Shown piece after piece: positions 15,199 to 26,209 of a stretch of DNA of 40,511 bases. The position numbers were made by a program, and so were the translations under genes. The stretch comes from a virus: the IMG/VR virus record IMGVR_UViG_3300030118_006020, positions 1-40,511 of that record; one strand, given 5' to 3'. Within the stretch, counting starts at the first letter, position 1. Every line of letters begins with the position of its first letter. The notes beneath the pieces are model-generated. The model worked only from the letters and a program-made list of their open reading frames with translations, made no database searches and was not told the DNA's origin.

Positions 15199-18100
15199 CT
15201 ACTCGCCTTTTCGCTCCTCAATACGCTCAGGCACCTTCAAGGTCTTTCTTGCTGCCTTGAGTGCATCGTTTATCCTACGGTAAGCATTTGACTGACGCTC
15301 CCCTGGCAAGGTCGTGTATAAAGAGAAAGGGCTAAACCTATTGAACGCTTGGATTGAACGCTTTAGATCTACAGTTTCTTGACCACCACTGACATATGGA
15401 CGCTCGCCACCAAGAGCAGGGCTGACTGCGCCAGACTCCATGCCGCCCGCCTGGTCATAAAGATACGCATTGATAAACGCGATGGAGTTAGGATTAGCCA
15501 AGAAGAACGGCAGTACATGCTTAGTGAAAAAAGGAAGCCCCTCGATGTCCGCCCGCCTGGTCACAAAAGCATCCTCTTCCGCGAGGCTCTCATTGATGGC
15601 ATCAAAAAACTCACGCACGAATAGAACATCAGACTTCGGCACCACAAAACGAGCAGGCACAAGACCAGTCTTACCCTTATATTTGGCTCCTGTAAAAGCA
15701 TTGCGCTGAAATGCGTACTCGTAGAGACCTTTGATAATAGGGTTGGCACTGCGAGCTAGGTAATCTGCAGCATAAGGAGATAACAAAGGAACGTCCATCT
15801 GTCCTCGCTCCTGTATTCCTCGCAACCCTGAGAGCTCAAACGGCAGAGACATAGATTCGCCAATCGGATCTCTACCCAGCAGAACCAAGCCCGCCTCCTC
15901 AGGTATTTCAGCAGGACGACCACCAATAAACGGCACAGGTAAGTTCTGTATGATATTGTCTACCACCCAATCACCCGCAGCAAATGAGCCTCGGATAGAA
16001 TCCTGTACTCGCTCCGGTATATCCTTGAAGGCTTGACCCAAATACCTACGACTAAAATCCCCCAAGTAGAAAGAAGCGCCGCGTTCAGCTACGCGATAAC
16101 TTGGAAGGCGCTGAGTCTCATCTGATGGCATCAGGTCTTCATCTAGATCAGGAGAACCAAAAGCCTGGTATGCTTTGTCAATTGTCGCAATCTTGCCAGG
16201 TGTTCTTGCTGTTATTCGAGCAGTAGCTATAGGAGCACGAGCAATCCAGGTGACAAACGGGATCACCCACCGCGCAATTTGCTCCCCTCTCTTAGCGTCT
16301 GCATAGTCAAGAAGAGTAGCAAAGGTTCTGCGAGACGCTGCCATTGGGCTGCTGCCCTGGGACAAGAGCCACATAAAGTGACCAAGCTTTGAGCTGCTTT
16401 CCCATGCTTTTGCGAGACGTTCTCCAGGCACAGGAACGATCAGATCAAACACTTTGTACGCACCATCTAGTGCAGCCTCGGCAGCATATTGCTTACTCAT
16501 AGGAGCAGCCTCGCCTCTCGACTTAGCGCCTCTACGAGCTTCGGTTTCAAACTCACGAGCCACTTCCCGACGAGACTTATATCCAAGCTCCAGTCGCGCC
16601 ATGCCTAAGTCATTATCGACCGGCATTCCATACCTGCGAGCGATGTATAAAATCTTATCTTCTAGAGTACCTGCTGATGCTCGATTCCATGCGCTTACCT
16701 CGTTCGGCGCAATACTGAACACAGCTTTGCTTTGCGAAGGATCAAGGGTGTCCATGATGCCCTCGACGTTTTCTTTCAGGCGCTTTGTTGAGGCAAGGTT
16801 CTCGGTGCCTTTTATGAGCTTTCGATTCTGAAGAATGTTAGCGCCCTGCATGTTCCAGCCAATCGCATTCCTGTTACCGTCTGCGATCTGCAAAGCCATG
16901 TCGCTCACCCCGTTGAGGGCGTGATATGACCATCGCTTCACAAGAACACCGCGCTTCCATCTGCTGTAGATCCACTCCATTCCTGCCACGCCTTGAGCAA
17001 GGGCTTTTGTTGTTGGCCCTTGATTGGGTCGTGATCGAAGGAATTGACTCAGTGAGGTGGTCGCATCTTTCAGTGAGCCTCGAAGGTAGTTATACACTTG
17101 CGGTGGAACCTCATACGGCACACCACCTACGTCGATTGTCTTCAGTCTACCGAGAGAAAGCTTTGCTTCTCTAGATGCTTCTCTTCCGTATCGCAGTACG
17201 ATCTCTCTCTCCAGTCTTACCGCTGCCTCGCCTCTAGCTATACGAGCTGCGTACTGAGGAACGACCATGTTCGGATCCATGATTGCCTTCACGAACCGGT
17301 CATCCATATCACCAAGAGCTTTGCCTACTCCCGCACGAGCTGGTTCTTGCCGTCCAATCCTAAGAGCTTCATCACCCTGAATTAGCGGACTCTTTATTGC
17401 GTCGTCTAGCTCTACAAGAAATCCGTAGTTAGAGTCATAGAACCGTGGAAAGTACGTGCCGCTAACAGGATTGATGGCTCGCTGCCCTTTCTTGAGGTAC
17501 CCAGCAGTTACAGCCTCTTGGTAAATCTCATCGAAGAAAGCCTCCATCTCGCGAACATACTTCTGCTCACTCTTAGATAGCGCGGCGATCTTCTTATCCC
17601 GAAGCTTCCTGGCCTCCGCAATACTTTTCTTGCCGTAAGGAACTGACGGGTCAAAGATCTCCTTGGCAATGTACATCCGTCGCTCTGCGTCAACAGGTGC
17701 TGTATTTGATATTGCTCGAAACCTTTGAAGTATTTGCCCTTCGCGTAAGTTCTTAGAGGTCTTAACTATTTTCTGAATGCCCTTAAGAAATCGTCTGTCT
17801 GGGTCGAATAAGTCAAAGCCAGCTTCATACCCCCTGAGGAGAGCTTGTCCGGGAGCATTCAAACCTCGGACGAGTCTCTTCTCTCCTCGGCCCACAACCT
17901 GAGCTGTGTCCATGCCCTTGCGCTTTGCTGCTTGCAGTCCTTTACGAATAAGGTACGGGTCAGAAACGTATGTAGCCTTAGGGCCAATCATCTTCAGCAT
18001 CCCGTCGATGCCTTTGTCGAGTACATCCTCTGCTGCGCGAACTTGCTTGCCAACAAAAGGGAGTCCAGTGGGAAGGAACGAAGGAAGATCTGCTCCGAAA

Positions 18101-19416
18101 AACTCCCCTCGTTTTCCAAACGCCCGAGCTGCTTGGTCAGCTGTGTACCCATGCTTCTCGAACGTTGGAATAATATGCTTCTTCATGATGTCTGGCTCGT
18201 CCGCATATCGCGCAAGCTCCGCCACATCATCTACGAACTCATACACCTTCGCCTTCTGAACGTTCTTGCCTGCTGTCTTCCGAGCCATCCGAATCGCAGA
18301 ACGCGCTACGTTCCCTCTTGTACCTTGAAAAGTTTTCGTGCCTGTCTTGAGTGCTTTTGCTCCGCCTAATCCTGGAATGAAAGTCGTCCAATCAACCTCC
18401 ATCATAAGCAAAAGGTCTCTAATGTCCTCGCCTGTTTCCTTTTGCATTTCGTCAATCAGCTTCCAGTTCGTAGGCCTGCCTGCAGCTAAATCAGACAGCA
18501 CTGCCATCCCGGCCATGAACCCGCCCAGCGCGTACTTAGATCCAAGGGCGCTGCCTACCGCATCAGGAGCAAAAACCAGAGCTTGCGCCATCGGGTTGCC
18601 TTCGTCAGCTGCTTTAGCCATGCTCTTTGCCCATCTCGACGGGTCAGCAGCAAGAGCTTCGTATTGTTTTTCCCCGAGAACCTCTTTTGCTGTCAGCTTT
18701 CGCCCCGGTGCTCCTGTCCAAGAGTCAAGCCACTCGAAGAACTTTGTCGCGCCTGACCATGCAGAAGCCGTGAACGATCTTTCCTGCAGATCTTCTGACA
18801 AATCAGCAAGGATGCTCGCCTCCTGAGACATGCCCTCTTCGTCAGCCTTATTAGAAAGCTCCTGAAGCCTGTCAATCATCTCGATCTGCGACGTCAACTG
18901 TCTGTCCAGTGAGTCATAACGCTGAGCCTGCTTGACCGGATCTAACAAAGATATCTGCTCATCAAGCTCTTCAATCGAAGGCATCCCTTTTAGGTCTCGC
19001 TGCATTTGCGAAGTGATCTTCCGGATAGATAACTGATTAGGAGTAAGACGCTCGTTTGGCACCCTGAACTCACCAGGCAGCGGACCAACACTCTTGACTC
19101 GCGTCAGGTAAGGAGTAGGCACCAAAGGTTTGCCAAAGTCTGATGGCATTGCTTGGTCTGGTTGCCGCATTGGGGGGGATGGCGACTTTATTTTTGGAGC
19201 AGGAATCTCATACTTGAGCGACTCGCTTACAATCTCGTCAATTCGGTCCTGAGCTGATGAAGGGACAGGCTTGATCTGCGGCTGAGGGCTTGGGCGAGGA
19301 GCTGAAAGATCTACTTGCGGCTCAGCATAATCCATCTGCGGAGCGTCATCCAAAAGTGCTTTTCGAACAATCTCGTCAATCTTGCTCTGCGGATCTCTCT
19401 GTCCTGGCGTAGTCAT
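15199..19416 (-). CDS. Very large virion protein (1405 aa), internal/ejection-protein-like
   Basis: Size and position (after smaller internal-protein-like genes, before the fibres) parallel T7 gp16-class proteins. No catalytic motif recognised. Confidence 0.5.
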   Translation of the reverse strand: MTTPGQRDPQSKIDEIVRKALLDDAPQMDYAEPQVDLSAPRPSPQPQIKPVPSSAQDRIDEIVSESLKYEIPAPKIKSPSPPMRQPDQAMPSDFGKPLVPTPYLTRVKSVGPLPGEFRVPNERLTPNQLSIRKITSQMQRDLKGMPSIEELDEQISLLDPVKQAQRYDSLDRQLTSQIEMIDRLQELSNKADEEGMSQEASILADLSEDLQERSFTASAWSGATKFFEWLDSWTGAPGRKLTAKEVLGEKQYEALAADPSRWAKSMAKAADEGNPMAQALVFAPDAVGSALGSKYALGGFMAGMAVLSDLAAGRPTNWKLIDEMQKETGEDIRDLLLMMEVDWTTFIPGLGGAKALKTGTKTFQGTRGNVARSAIRMARKTAGKNVQKAKVYEFVDDVAELARYADEPDIMKKHIIPTFEKHGYTADQAARAFGKRGEFFGADLPSFLPTGLPFVGKQVRAAEDVLDKGIDGMLKMIGPKATYVSDPYLIRKGLQAAKRKGMDTAQVVGRGEKRLVRGLNAPGQALLRGYEAGFDLFDPDRRFLKGIQKIVKTSKNLREGQILQRFRAISNTAPVDAERRMYIAKEIFDPSVPYGKKSIAEARKLRDKKIAALSKSEQKYVREMEAFFDEIYQEAVTAGYLKKGQRAINPVSGTYFPRFYDSNYGFLVELDDAIKSPLIQGDEALRIGRQEPARAGVGKALGDMDDRFVKAIMDPNMVVPQYAARIARGEAAVRLEREIVLRYGREASREAKLSLGRLKTIDVGGVPYEVPPQVYNYLRGSLKDATTSLSQFLRSRPNQGPTTKALAQGVAGMEWIYSRWKRGVLVKRWSYHALNGVSDMALQIADGNRNAIGWNMQGANILQNRKLIKGTENLASTKRLKENVEGIMDTLDPSQSKAVFSIAPNEVSAWNRASAGTLEDKILYIARRYGMPVDNDLGMARLELGYKSRREVAREFETEARRGAKSRGEAAPMSKQYAAEAALDGAYKVFDLIVPVPGERLAKAWESSSKLGHFMWLLSQGSSPMAASRRTFATLLDYADAKRGEQIARWVIPFVTWIARAPIATARITARTPGKIATIDKAYQAFGSPDLDEDLMPSDETQRLPSYRVAERGASFYLGDFSRRYLGQAFKDIPERVQDSIRGSFAAGDWVVDNIIQNLPVPFIGGRPAEIPEEAGLVLLGRDPIGESMSLPFELSGLRGIQERGQMDVPLLSPYAADYLARSANPIIKGLYEYAFQRNAFTGAKYKGKTGLVPARFVVPKSDVLFVREFFDAINESLAEEDAFVTRRADIEGLPFFTKHVLPFFLANPNSIAFINAYLYDQAGGMESGAVSPALGGERPYVSGGQETVDLKRSIQAFNRFSPFSLYTTLPGERQSNAYRRINDALKAARKTLKVPERIEERKGE

Positions 19417-19428
19417 CTCAAATCCAAA

Positions 19429-20397
19429 CTACTGCTGCCGCTGTGCCGCGACTCTTCCTGCCATCCTGCCCTCGATAAGCTTTTGCATAGATGGAGGAGT
19501 GTCTTTCGTAAATCCATACCGGCTTGCAACTTGTGGACTACCCATAAGCCGCAATAGCTGATCATAATACAGTGGCAAGCCCCTGTCGTTTACAACATAC
19601 CGAGGGATAAGTCGCTCAAGCGGAATCTTTGCTCTAATTGCAATTACTGCAGGGTCCATGTTCTCAGGCCGACTTTTGTAAGAGGCAAAGGTCTGGTAAG
19701 ATCTTCCTTCGCTTTTTCTAATCAGCTGCTCTTGCGCCCAATTGTAAGCAGCTTTGTCTTCAAGATACTGATCGTTGACGACGCCCCTAACCCCCTTTTT
19801 TATAGCATTACGGGCGGTAGGTAAAGGAGTCTTATCAACGATTTGTGCGTTAGGATGATACCTATTAAGGTAATTGGAGAGATCTCTTTCAAGCTTGGTT
19901 TCGTCTGCACGAGAGTCAGGCACTGCTCGGCCAGCCCTTGCCTTTTCTTTCAGAAATCTTTCATAGTTCACTTTGTCTTGGGCGCGTTTATCCACCACGC
20001 CTTTGAGTAAACGAACTCTATCAGCGTCATTTTTTGCGTTTATAAAGGGCCCTCTTATTGTTTCTAGCTCAGCCATAGCTAAGGGATTCTTTTGAGGATC
20101 AAGCTTCGCATACATATTATCGTATACTTTTCTAGATCGATTAAGTCTTGCCTCTGCGTCCTTGACTAGCTTCTCCTGCTTCCGCCTTGCTTCTTGTTCA
20201 TTGTACTTTGTTTTTCTGAAATCATACTCTTTCTCTTGCAGGCCAAACTGCTTGTCTCTAAAAGCTACATCTGCATCACGGATACGCTTTCGCTCAGCTC
20301 TGTCCTCCGCTCTTTGAAAACTTCGCGTAAACGCTTGAGGATCAAACGTGGAAAGAAACCCACTAACAAAATTACCTGCGCCTTCTCTTGCTACCAT
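19429..20397 (-). CDS. Basic coiled-coil virion protein (322 aa), internal-protein-like
   Basis: Highly charged K/R/E-rich ORF within the structural operon. SD GGGGA. Confidence 0.5.
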   Translation of the reverse strand: MVAREGAGNFVSGFLSTFDPQAFTRSFQRAEDRAERKRIRDADVAFRDKQFGLQEKEYDFRKTKYNEQEARRKQEKLVKDAEARLNRSRKVYDNMYAKLDPQKNPLAMAELETIRGPFINAKNDADRVRLLKGVVDKRAQDKVNYERFLKEKARAGRAVPDSRADETKLERDLSNYLNRYHPNAQIVDKTPLPTARNAIKKGVRGVVNDQYLEDKAAYNWAQEQLIRKSEGRSYQTFASYKSRPENMDPAVIAIRAKIPLERLIPRYVVNDRGLPLYYDQLLRLMGSPQVASRYGFTKDTPPSMQKLIEGRMAGRVAAQRQQ

Positions 20398-20406
20398 AAC
20401 TATCCC

Positions 20407-22161
20407 CTAGCTGGGCGGTGGAGCACTTGCTCTTCCCAACTTCATCATCAACGCAGTACTGCCAGCTCCGACCACTGCGCCGCCCAACTGCCAGAGTCGA
20501 TCTTCAAGCGTCGGTGTATTCAACATCGCCTGCAGACGAATCATCTCTTGCTGGAATGCCTGCTGCTGCCCCTGAAGGACTCGCGCTCTATCAAAGGCGC
20601 GATCCTGAGCGTCCTTATTAATGTCAGCACTGGCAAGCATTTGATTATATGAAATCTCCGCAGCCATAATCTGCATATCAATTGCAAGATTGTGAGCCCT
20701 GTCTGCAAGCTCAGACCTTTGCGCGGCCTCGCTGACAGCAGCAGCAGCCATGCCTTGAGCATCATTGACGACACCCGCCATCTGGCCAACCGTCGCCCCT
20801 CGCGCTGCCATTTTCTCTGTCAAACCACGCAAGCTTCTGCCGACCGACGCTTGAACCCTTTCCGCTGCTCTTGCCGCGTTACTGTTTTTCTCGGCGTCAG
20901 AAATCCTGTCTGGCAAATATTCTGGTGGCTCAAATTCACCAAACCGCTCTTCCGCCGTTCGTGTATCAATCTCAAAAAGCTCATTCGCTCGCTCTTCTCC
21001 ACGGGCTTGAGCAATTAAGTCATAAACACCTTCAGCACGAAGCTGATCTTTCTGAGCATCTGTTGCGTTCTCAACTCTTCGCTCTAAAGCAGGCAGCTCG
21101 CGATCAAGTATTTCTCGCAATGTAACCTCGCGGCTGTCGTCAAATGCGTAATCGTCCTTGATGTACTCGGTTCCAACATAGTCGCCAACCTCTGGGTCCC
21201 ATCGCCAGTCTTCATAATACCTTTGACCTTCACCCACATCATCTTCGCCAACCAAGTAGCCTAAACCAGCACTTGATCTAAAGAATAAATCATATATTGT
21301 GCTCTGATATTGACTAGGATCATACTGGCCAGAACCAGAGCCAGAATCGTAGCCCGGTATAAATGTATCACCAAGGATTTCACCAAAAGATCTGCCACTA
21401 TCTTCAGACTGCTCCTCTCGCGTAACAGGATTATAATTATTCTCGAAGCTGTCACCTGAAGATGTCTGACCGGTCGGCCGTGCGGCTGACAAACCTGAAA
21501 CGCTTGTCCCAAAATCATCTGCGCCCACCGCCGGCAAACCAGAGTACATCGTGTCTGGAGCATCCATTGTGTCTGGAGCCTCATCTGGGTCATAATATGC
21601 GGGACTCGGACCAACGGAGGAGAAGTCATCATCTCTGGTCGCGGGAATAAAGCCTGTGGGTAATCTGCCCTGACGATATGTTCTGCCTGCTGTCCGTGCT
21701 CTGTCTACAGCTTGATAGATAGTCCTTGCGTCAGACGGAGTTGCTGCAGAAGTTGATTGCCGGCGAGCCATTCCTGGACCACTAGCAGTAGTTCTTGGCG
21801 TGTGAAGTGGTGGCGGAGTTGGCCGGATTCGATCTTGCCCAGGGCCCATCCGACCCCTATCTCTTGCTGCTAAACCTTCTCCGAAACGATCTATTGCAGG
21901 TCTAAAACGTTCTCGCGCACTCTCCGCCGTAAAGCCACTAGGCTTAGCTTTCGACATAGTAAACTTGCGAGGCTTTGGCATCGTGTTATCTTCATCGTCA
22001 TCCTTGACCATGCCACCTAGCTGATAGCCTTCGACCATGCCCCCGCTAGCATATGCTTTCATGGGATTATACATGTTGCCTCTAGCACTCGGCATTCGAG
22101 AGCCAGTCAGATAGTCAATCGGTTTTCGAGTCGTGTAGACCCTTCTTGGTTTCCCTGGCAT
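20407..22161 (-). CDS. Internal virion/ejection-like protein (584 aa)
   Basis: N-terminal AYASGGMVEGYQLGGMV motifs, a disordered P/S/T/G-rich middle, a helical Ala/Gln-rich C-terminus and a terminal hydrophobic segment. Confidence 0.5.
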   Translation of the reverse strand: MPGKPRRVYTTRKPIDYLTGSRMPSARGNMYNPMKAYASGGMVEGYQLGGMVKDDDEDNTMPKPRKFTMSKAKPSGFTAESARERFRPAIDRFGEGLAARDRGRMGPGQDRIRPTPPPLHTPRTTASGPGMARRQSTSAATPSDARTIYQAVDRARTAGRTYRQGRLPTGFIPATRDDDFSSVGPSPAYYDPDEAPDTMDAPDTMYSGLPAVGADDFGTSVSGLSAARPTGQTSSGDSFENNYNPVTREEQSEDSGRSFGEILGDTFIPGYDSGSGSGQYDPSQYQSTIYDLFFRSSAGLGYLVGEDDVGEGQRYYEDWRWDPEVGDYVGTEYIKDDYAFDDSREVTLREILDRELPALERRVENATDAQKDQLRAEGVYDLIAQARGEERANELFEIDTRTAEERFGEFEPPEYLPDRISDAEKNSNAARAAERVQASVGRSLRGLTEKMAARGATVGQMAGVVNDAQGMAAAAVSEAAQRSELADRAHNLAIDMQIMAAEISYNQMLASADINKDAQDRAFDRARVLQGQQQAFQQEMIRLQAMLNTPTLEDRLWQLGGAVVGAGSTALMMKLGRASAPPPS

Positions 22162-22751
22162 TACGGTACTAGCTCCTCTTTAATCCACAGTGTCACGCTC
22201 ACGCCGGCAAGCGCGGGGCCTCCTGTTGCTCCAGATCTACCCAGCTTTATTTCTATGACATCGTCATTGTTCAAGGGCAGCAGGGGTGAGTCTACTGGGT
22301 TCGTATTGTTGATAGACAGATAACCTGTCGATGTGATGTTCTGAGCCGACCCGGCTAGCGTTGTACCACCTACAATAATAGTGATTCGAGGGTGGTCTGT
22401 TCCGGTGCGAGACTGTGTGTATACCTCTGCCTTGACCACGAAAGCTCTTCGCCCTGGCTTCACCAAGGCTTTTGTCTGGTAGACTGTGATGTCTGACGCC
22501 GGCATTGTGTACTGAGTAGGCGTTGTCGCAAGAGTTGCATCAGCTGCCGGAGGTAAAATCGCAATCGGCCCCAAAGCCGAAAGAGTGTACCGGTCTGCAA
22601 GCTGGGTAGATGTGATCCCTGCAGTAGTCGCAATGTTAGCTGTAGTGATCTGATCTATAGCAGCAGTAAGATCATCGAAGTTCTGATCTACGTTTGCCCC
22701 TGTGATCGCCTCATTGGTCATTGTGCTGAAATCGTAAGTAACTTTCGTCAT
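22161..22751 (-). CDS. Tail-associated protein (196 aa) with fibre-like N-terminus
   Basis: ITGANVDQNFDDLTAAIDQITTANI resembles the N-terminal motifs of podovirus fibre/spike proteins. Confidence 0.45.
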   Translation of the reverse strand: MTKVTYDFSTMTNEAITGANVDQNFDDLTAAIDQITTANIATTAGITSTQLADRYTLSALGPIAILPPAADATLATTPTQYTMPASDITVYQTKALVKPGRRAFVVKAEVYTQSRTGTDHPRITIIVGGTTLAGSAQNITSTGYLSINNTNPVDSPLLPLNNDDVIEIKLGRSGATGGPALAGVSVTLWIKEELVP

Positions 22752-23413
22752 GAGTCCTCCGTGCCTCCAAACATTCTTACTCCTGCAAAGCTCCTAAGCA
22801 CAGCATAAGGCACATAAGTAGAGGCTGATTGCGTTGTGATCGAACGAGCGAAGTCGCCAGTAGTTGCCCCTGTCGAGCTTGTTTTCCATGCCGATCTCAT
22901 CGTTCCACTCGCAAAACCAAACTCAGGACAGAGCAGTTTCGCCTTAGCCCCCGAAGCTTGAAATCCAAGAAAATAATACCCTACTCGTGGGTTGACTAAC
23001 AACTCTTTATCTAGGGTTATTGAGTAACGTTTCTCATTAGTATCTGTGAGCTCAGCAGAACCAAGCACCCGAAAAAGCTCTAACTCAAACGCACTCTCTA
23101 CCGGGTTAGCCCTGTTTAGCGCAGGAGGCCGACCTTGATACAACGCAAATGCCACACTTGCAACTGCATCAGCCTGACTTTTCTTCGCAACAAACGACAA
23201 CCGATAAACGTTGATAGGCTCTGTTAGTCGCAGCGGAACTACAAATGTCTGATTAGCTTCCGTATCAGAGTGTGTCGCAACCATAGTCACATTGCGGCTT
23301 GCAGGAACTGTCTCGACCTCCATCAGCTCTGCGCCGCCAAACGTAGAACGTGGCTCCAGCTTCTGCTCTAGCACATGCAGTTTGCGCTCAAGCGTATCTG
23401 TTCGATCTCTCAT
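22748..23413 (-). CDS. Hypothetical tail protein (221 aa)
   Basis: Translationally coupled between the 931-aa and 196-aa tail genes. Confidence 0.45.
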   Translation of the reverse strand: MRDRTDTLERKLHVLEQKLEPRSTFGGAELMEVETVPASRNVTMVATHSDTEANQTFVVPLRLTEPINVYRLSFVAKKSQADAVASVAFALYQGRPPALNRANPVESAFELELFRVLGSAELTDTNEKRYSITLDKELLVNPRVGYYFLGFQASGAKAKLLCPEFGFASGTMRSAWKTSSTGATTGDFARSITTQSASTYVPYAVLRSFAGVRMFGGTEDS

Positions 23414-26205
23414 CGCCGACCTTTAGAGCCAAGCGGACGAATAAAGATCACGGCAGAATTCAACCTCCAAGGAGCAGTCCCTGTTATCTCGTATTGAACA
23501 GTGTGCCCTCGGGCAGCAGCGGGCATCATCAAGCGAACAGTCTTGCTTCTATCGTCAGCCCACTTAGCTGTTCCCCACTGACCTGTACCCCAGATGCTTT
23601 GACTAGAGTCAATCTTGAGCGTCTTTGCGAGACCCGTCGAAGCCTCTCTTGATACTGTTTGTCGATCTGTATACGTGTTTACAGAAACTGTCCGAGTACC
23701 CATGTTCTGCATGTCAACATTCAGAGCAACAAAACTACACTCTTGACCTGTCGAACCAAGAGGAGCTACCGATATCGACTTAGCCGCACCCGTTATAACG
23801 CTACCGTCATCAGTATTACTGCTCGTAAATTGAGCAACATGACCATCATAACTACCAATCAGCACACGCTCGTTACCGTTCTCATCATAGTCAGTCGCTA
23901 ATGAAGCCACACCAAACGGAGCAGTGTACACCCACCAGTCTTTACGCACCCAATCAAAAACAAGAATGCGATTATTCTTATCACTACCAGTAGCAGGAAC
24001 AGCTAGATAATACAGGTTGTCTGATAATGATACCGTTGCACAAGCATCATCCATCGCGGAACGATTGACACCCTCTGGCAACACTCGCTTCCAATCATCT
24101 AAGATAGCTAAAGGCTCTGACCCGTTGAACACATAAACACCGTCAGCTGCAGGACCTATCAGGGTAGAGCTACCGGACGTAGATATTCTCTGCACTGCAT
24201 GGTGCGAAGTAAAACCGACACCGTGGGAAACTCGATAGAAACCGTATTGCCCCTGCTGGTTTGCCGGACCCGATGCAAAGATGGCACTCGACGTAAAAAC
24301 AAACAGCTTGTCATACAGCGTAGCCATGCCGGTTATAGCATTGTTCTCGTCGTCTCTTACCTGGTACTCAAACCCCAAAGGCCAGATGTCATTATACAGA
24401 CCAGGCATACTCCATGCGACGATGTTGCTTTTTGGATCTGCCACCACAAGCCTGCCCATGAAATCCACAACAAACGAACCTATCGGAGGTGTTGGCCTAA
24501 AATACGCCTCAGCATTTGGACTCGCAGACGGAGCCAAGTTTTGATAGAGCTCTGGAGGAAGTTTACCAGCAAGCTCATTTGCCGCAGCGCTGCTGTCATC
24601 AGCAACCAACTGCCTCATCCTTCTCCCGTCAAAAGTAAGAAGAGGGCACTCGCCGTTAGCTAAGATAAGCTGGCCAGTCATTGAATCGTATGCGCCAGAC
24701 CAGCGACGACCGCCAGTTGTTGTCCATCGCAACTCTTTCCCTATCTCAAAATCGACCATCTGGAAGGTAGAAACATCAGGGTCCTGAGCATAGTAAAGAC
24801 TACTTCCGTCTACTGGCACAACGGTGTCCGCGTCATGTGACGCTATTTCCCACTGGCGAGTAACGGTTGCGCCCGAGCCGAATGCGTAATCTACGTCAGC
24901 ATCATATCGCACAAAGGAATGCGGAGCATAAATCGCAAACGTATTGAGAGCGTCAGGAGCAGCACTAAACGCCGGATACACAGTGTACCCATTCACTGCA
25001 TCGTAGCGTACAATCTCTCGCTCCTCACCTACCGCTGGACCAGAACCAGTAGATGTTATTACTCTCAATCTGCAGTTCTCGTAATCATCGGTGATCTCCG
25101 TACCGCCGCTGTCTTCCAGCTTTAGGTTCGTGGTCGTAGGAGTCATCGCCGTCTTGACTAAATCCGTTCTGATTATATGCCCCAAGAACTGACCTTGCCG
25201 AGGCTCAGCCGAATCAAACAACCAAGCATACGTGCGCTCGTTTAGATCTTCGTCGAAGAATATCTTCTTTCTCTTCTCAAGCTTAGAAGCTGTGCCAACA
25301 TTCCAGCCAGACACCCCTGCATGATTCGTCGCCTGACCAATAGTCGCCGCACCCTCATCTTCAACAAGGATAGCTGTCTCAGGCTTCGTCCGGTCATTGA
25401 CGTGATACGCAATCTGAGCACCCTGCTCAACACCTCTTCTCGTTGCGCCACCCCTGCGAGCCCGATCTGTACCAATAACCAAGACAGCGCGATCCTTCAG
25501 CTTGACAGGAAACAATCCATTTACTGGAGGAAGCTTGAACACGCGAACCCCTGGATTGTTAATTATCGTACCCGCAAAGGTCATCGCAGTTTCATCAACA
25601 GATCTAAGAATTAGCTTCACGTAATACTTGGTCACGCCCTCTACTGCTGTAGTGGCCCAGTCAGATAAGTGCTCGGATGTATGCCAGGAAATATATCCGT
25701 GCTGCGTAAGAGAAAGAGACACTGTTCGCTGAGACGCTGTAAGCGTGGTGCCCGCAGCAACTGTCGGTCGCCCTGCAGTCGTGTCGTGAATAAACGGTAT
25801 ATCTGTCCAGGCTGAACCATTCCAGTATTGCGCCTTTAGATAATGACTGTCGTCAGGCGGAACCATATCTAGCCCGCCAGCATCAGAGCTCCCAGGCCAA
25901 TCAATTCCATCAAACAGTTCATCACAGCCCACATAGAATGACTGAACGTTGGGCACCGCACCCTCGCGATGAGTAATGACAGTGTTGGCCCCATCTATTG
26001 TTTTTATTAGCGTTGTTGCGCCGGCAGGCAAATGATGCGGAGCACCCACTGCAAATGTGGACATTCCGCCTCTGCGAGAAATGCTACCCTTGTCATTGAT
26101 TACGTTTAGACATTCAGATGCCTGAGTCGGTGCAGACTCTTTTTCGAATCTATTGACCCCTCCCGACATGGGCGAAAGGGGCATTGATGAGTAGCCTCGT
26201 GCCAT
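23410..26205 (-). CDS. Large tail (nozzle) protein, tail-tubular-B-like (931 aa)
   Basis: N-terminus ...MSGGVNRFEKESAPTQASECLNVINDKGSISRRGG parallels the conserved start of T7 gp12-class proteins. Size and position also fit. Confidence 0.45.
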   Translation of the reverse strand: MARGYSSMPLSPMSGGVNRFEKESAPTQASECLNVINDKGSISRRGGMSTFAVGAPHHLPAGATTLIKTIDGANTVITHREGAVPNVQSFYVGCDELFDGIDWPGSSDAGGLDMVPPDDSHYLKAQYWNGSAWTDIPFIHDTTAGRPTVAAGTTLTASQRTVSLSLTQHGYISWHTSEHLSDWATTAVEGVTKYYVKLILRSVDETAMTFAGTIINNPGVRVFKLPPVNGLFPVKLKDRAVLVIGTDRARRGGATRRGVEQGAQIAYHVNDRTKPETAILVEDEGAATIGQATNHAGVSGWNVGTASKLEKRKKIFFDEDLNERTYAWLFDSAEPRQGQFLGHIIRTDLVKTAMTPTTTNLKLEDSGGTEITDDYENCRLRVITSTGSGPAVGEEREIVRYDAVNGYTVYPAFSAAPDALNTFAIYAPHSFVRYDADVDYAFGSGATVTRQWEIASHDADTVVPVDGSSLYYAQDPDVSTFQMVDFEIGKELRWTTTGGRRWSGAYDSMTGQLILANGECPLLTFDGRRMRQLVADDSSAAANELAGKLPPELYQNLAPSASPNAEAYFRPTPPIGSFVVDFMGRLVVADPKSNIVAWSMPGLYNDIWPLGFEYQVRDDENNAITGMATLYDKLFVFTSSAIFASGPANQQGQYGFYRVSHGVGFTSHHAVQRISTSGSSTLIGPAADGVYVFNGSEPLAILDDWKRVLPEGVNRSAMDDACATVSLSDNLYYLAVPATGSDKNNRILVFDWVRKDWWVYTAPFGVASLATDYDENGNERVLIGSYDGHVAQFTSSNTDDGSVITGAAKSISVAPLGSTGQECSFVALNVDMQNMGTRTVSVNTYTDRQTVSREASTGLAKTLKIDSSQSIWGTGQWGTAKWADDRSKTVRLMMPAAARGHTVQYEITGTAPWRLNSAVIFIRPLGSKGRR

Positions 26206-26209
26206 CGCA

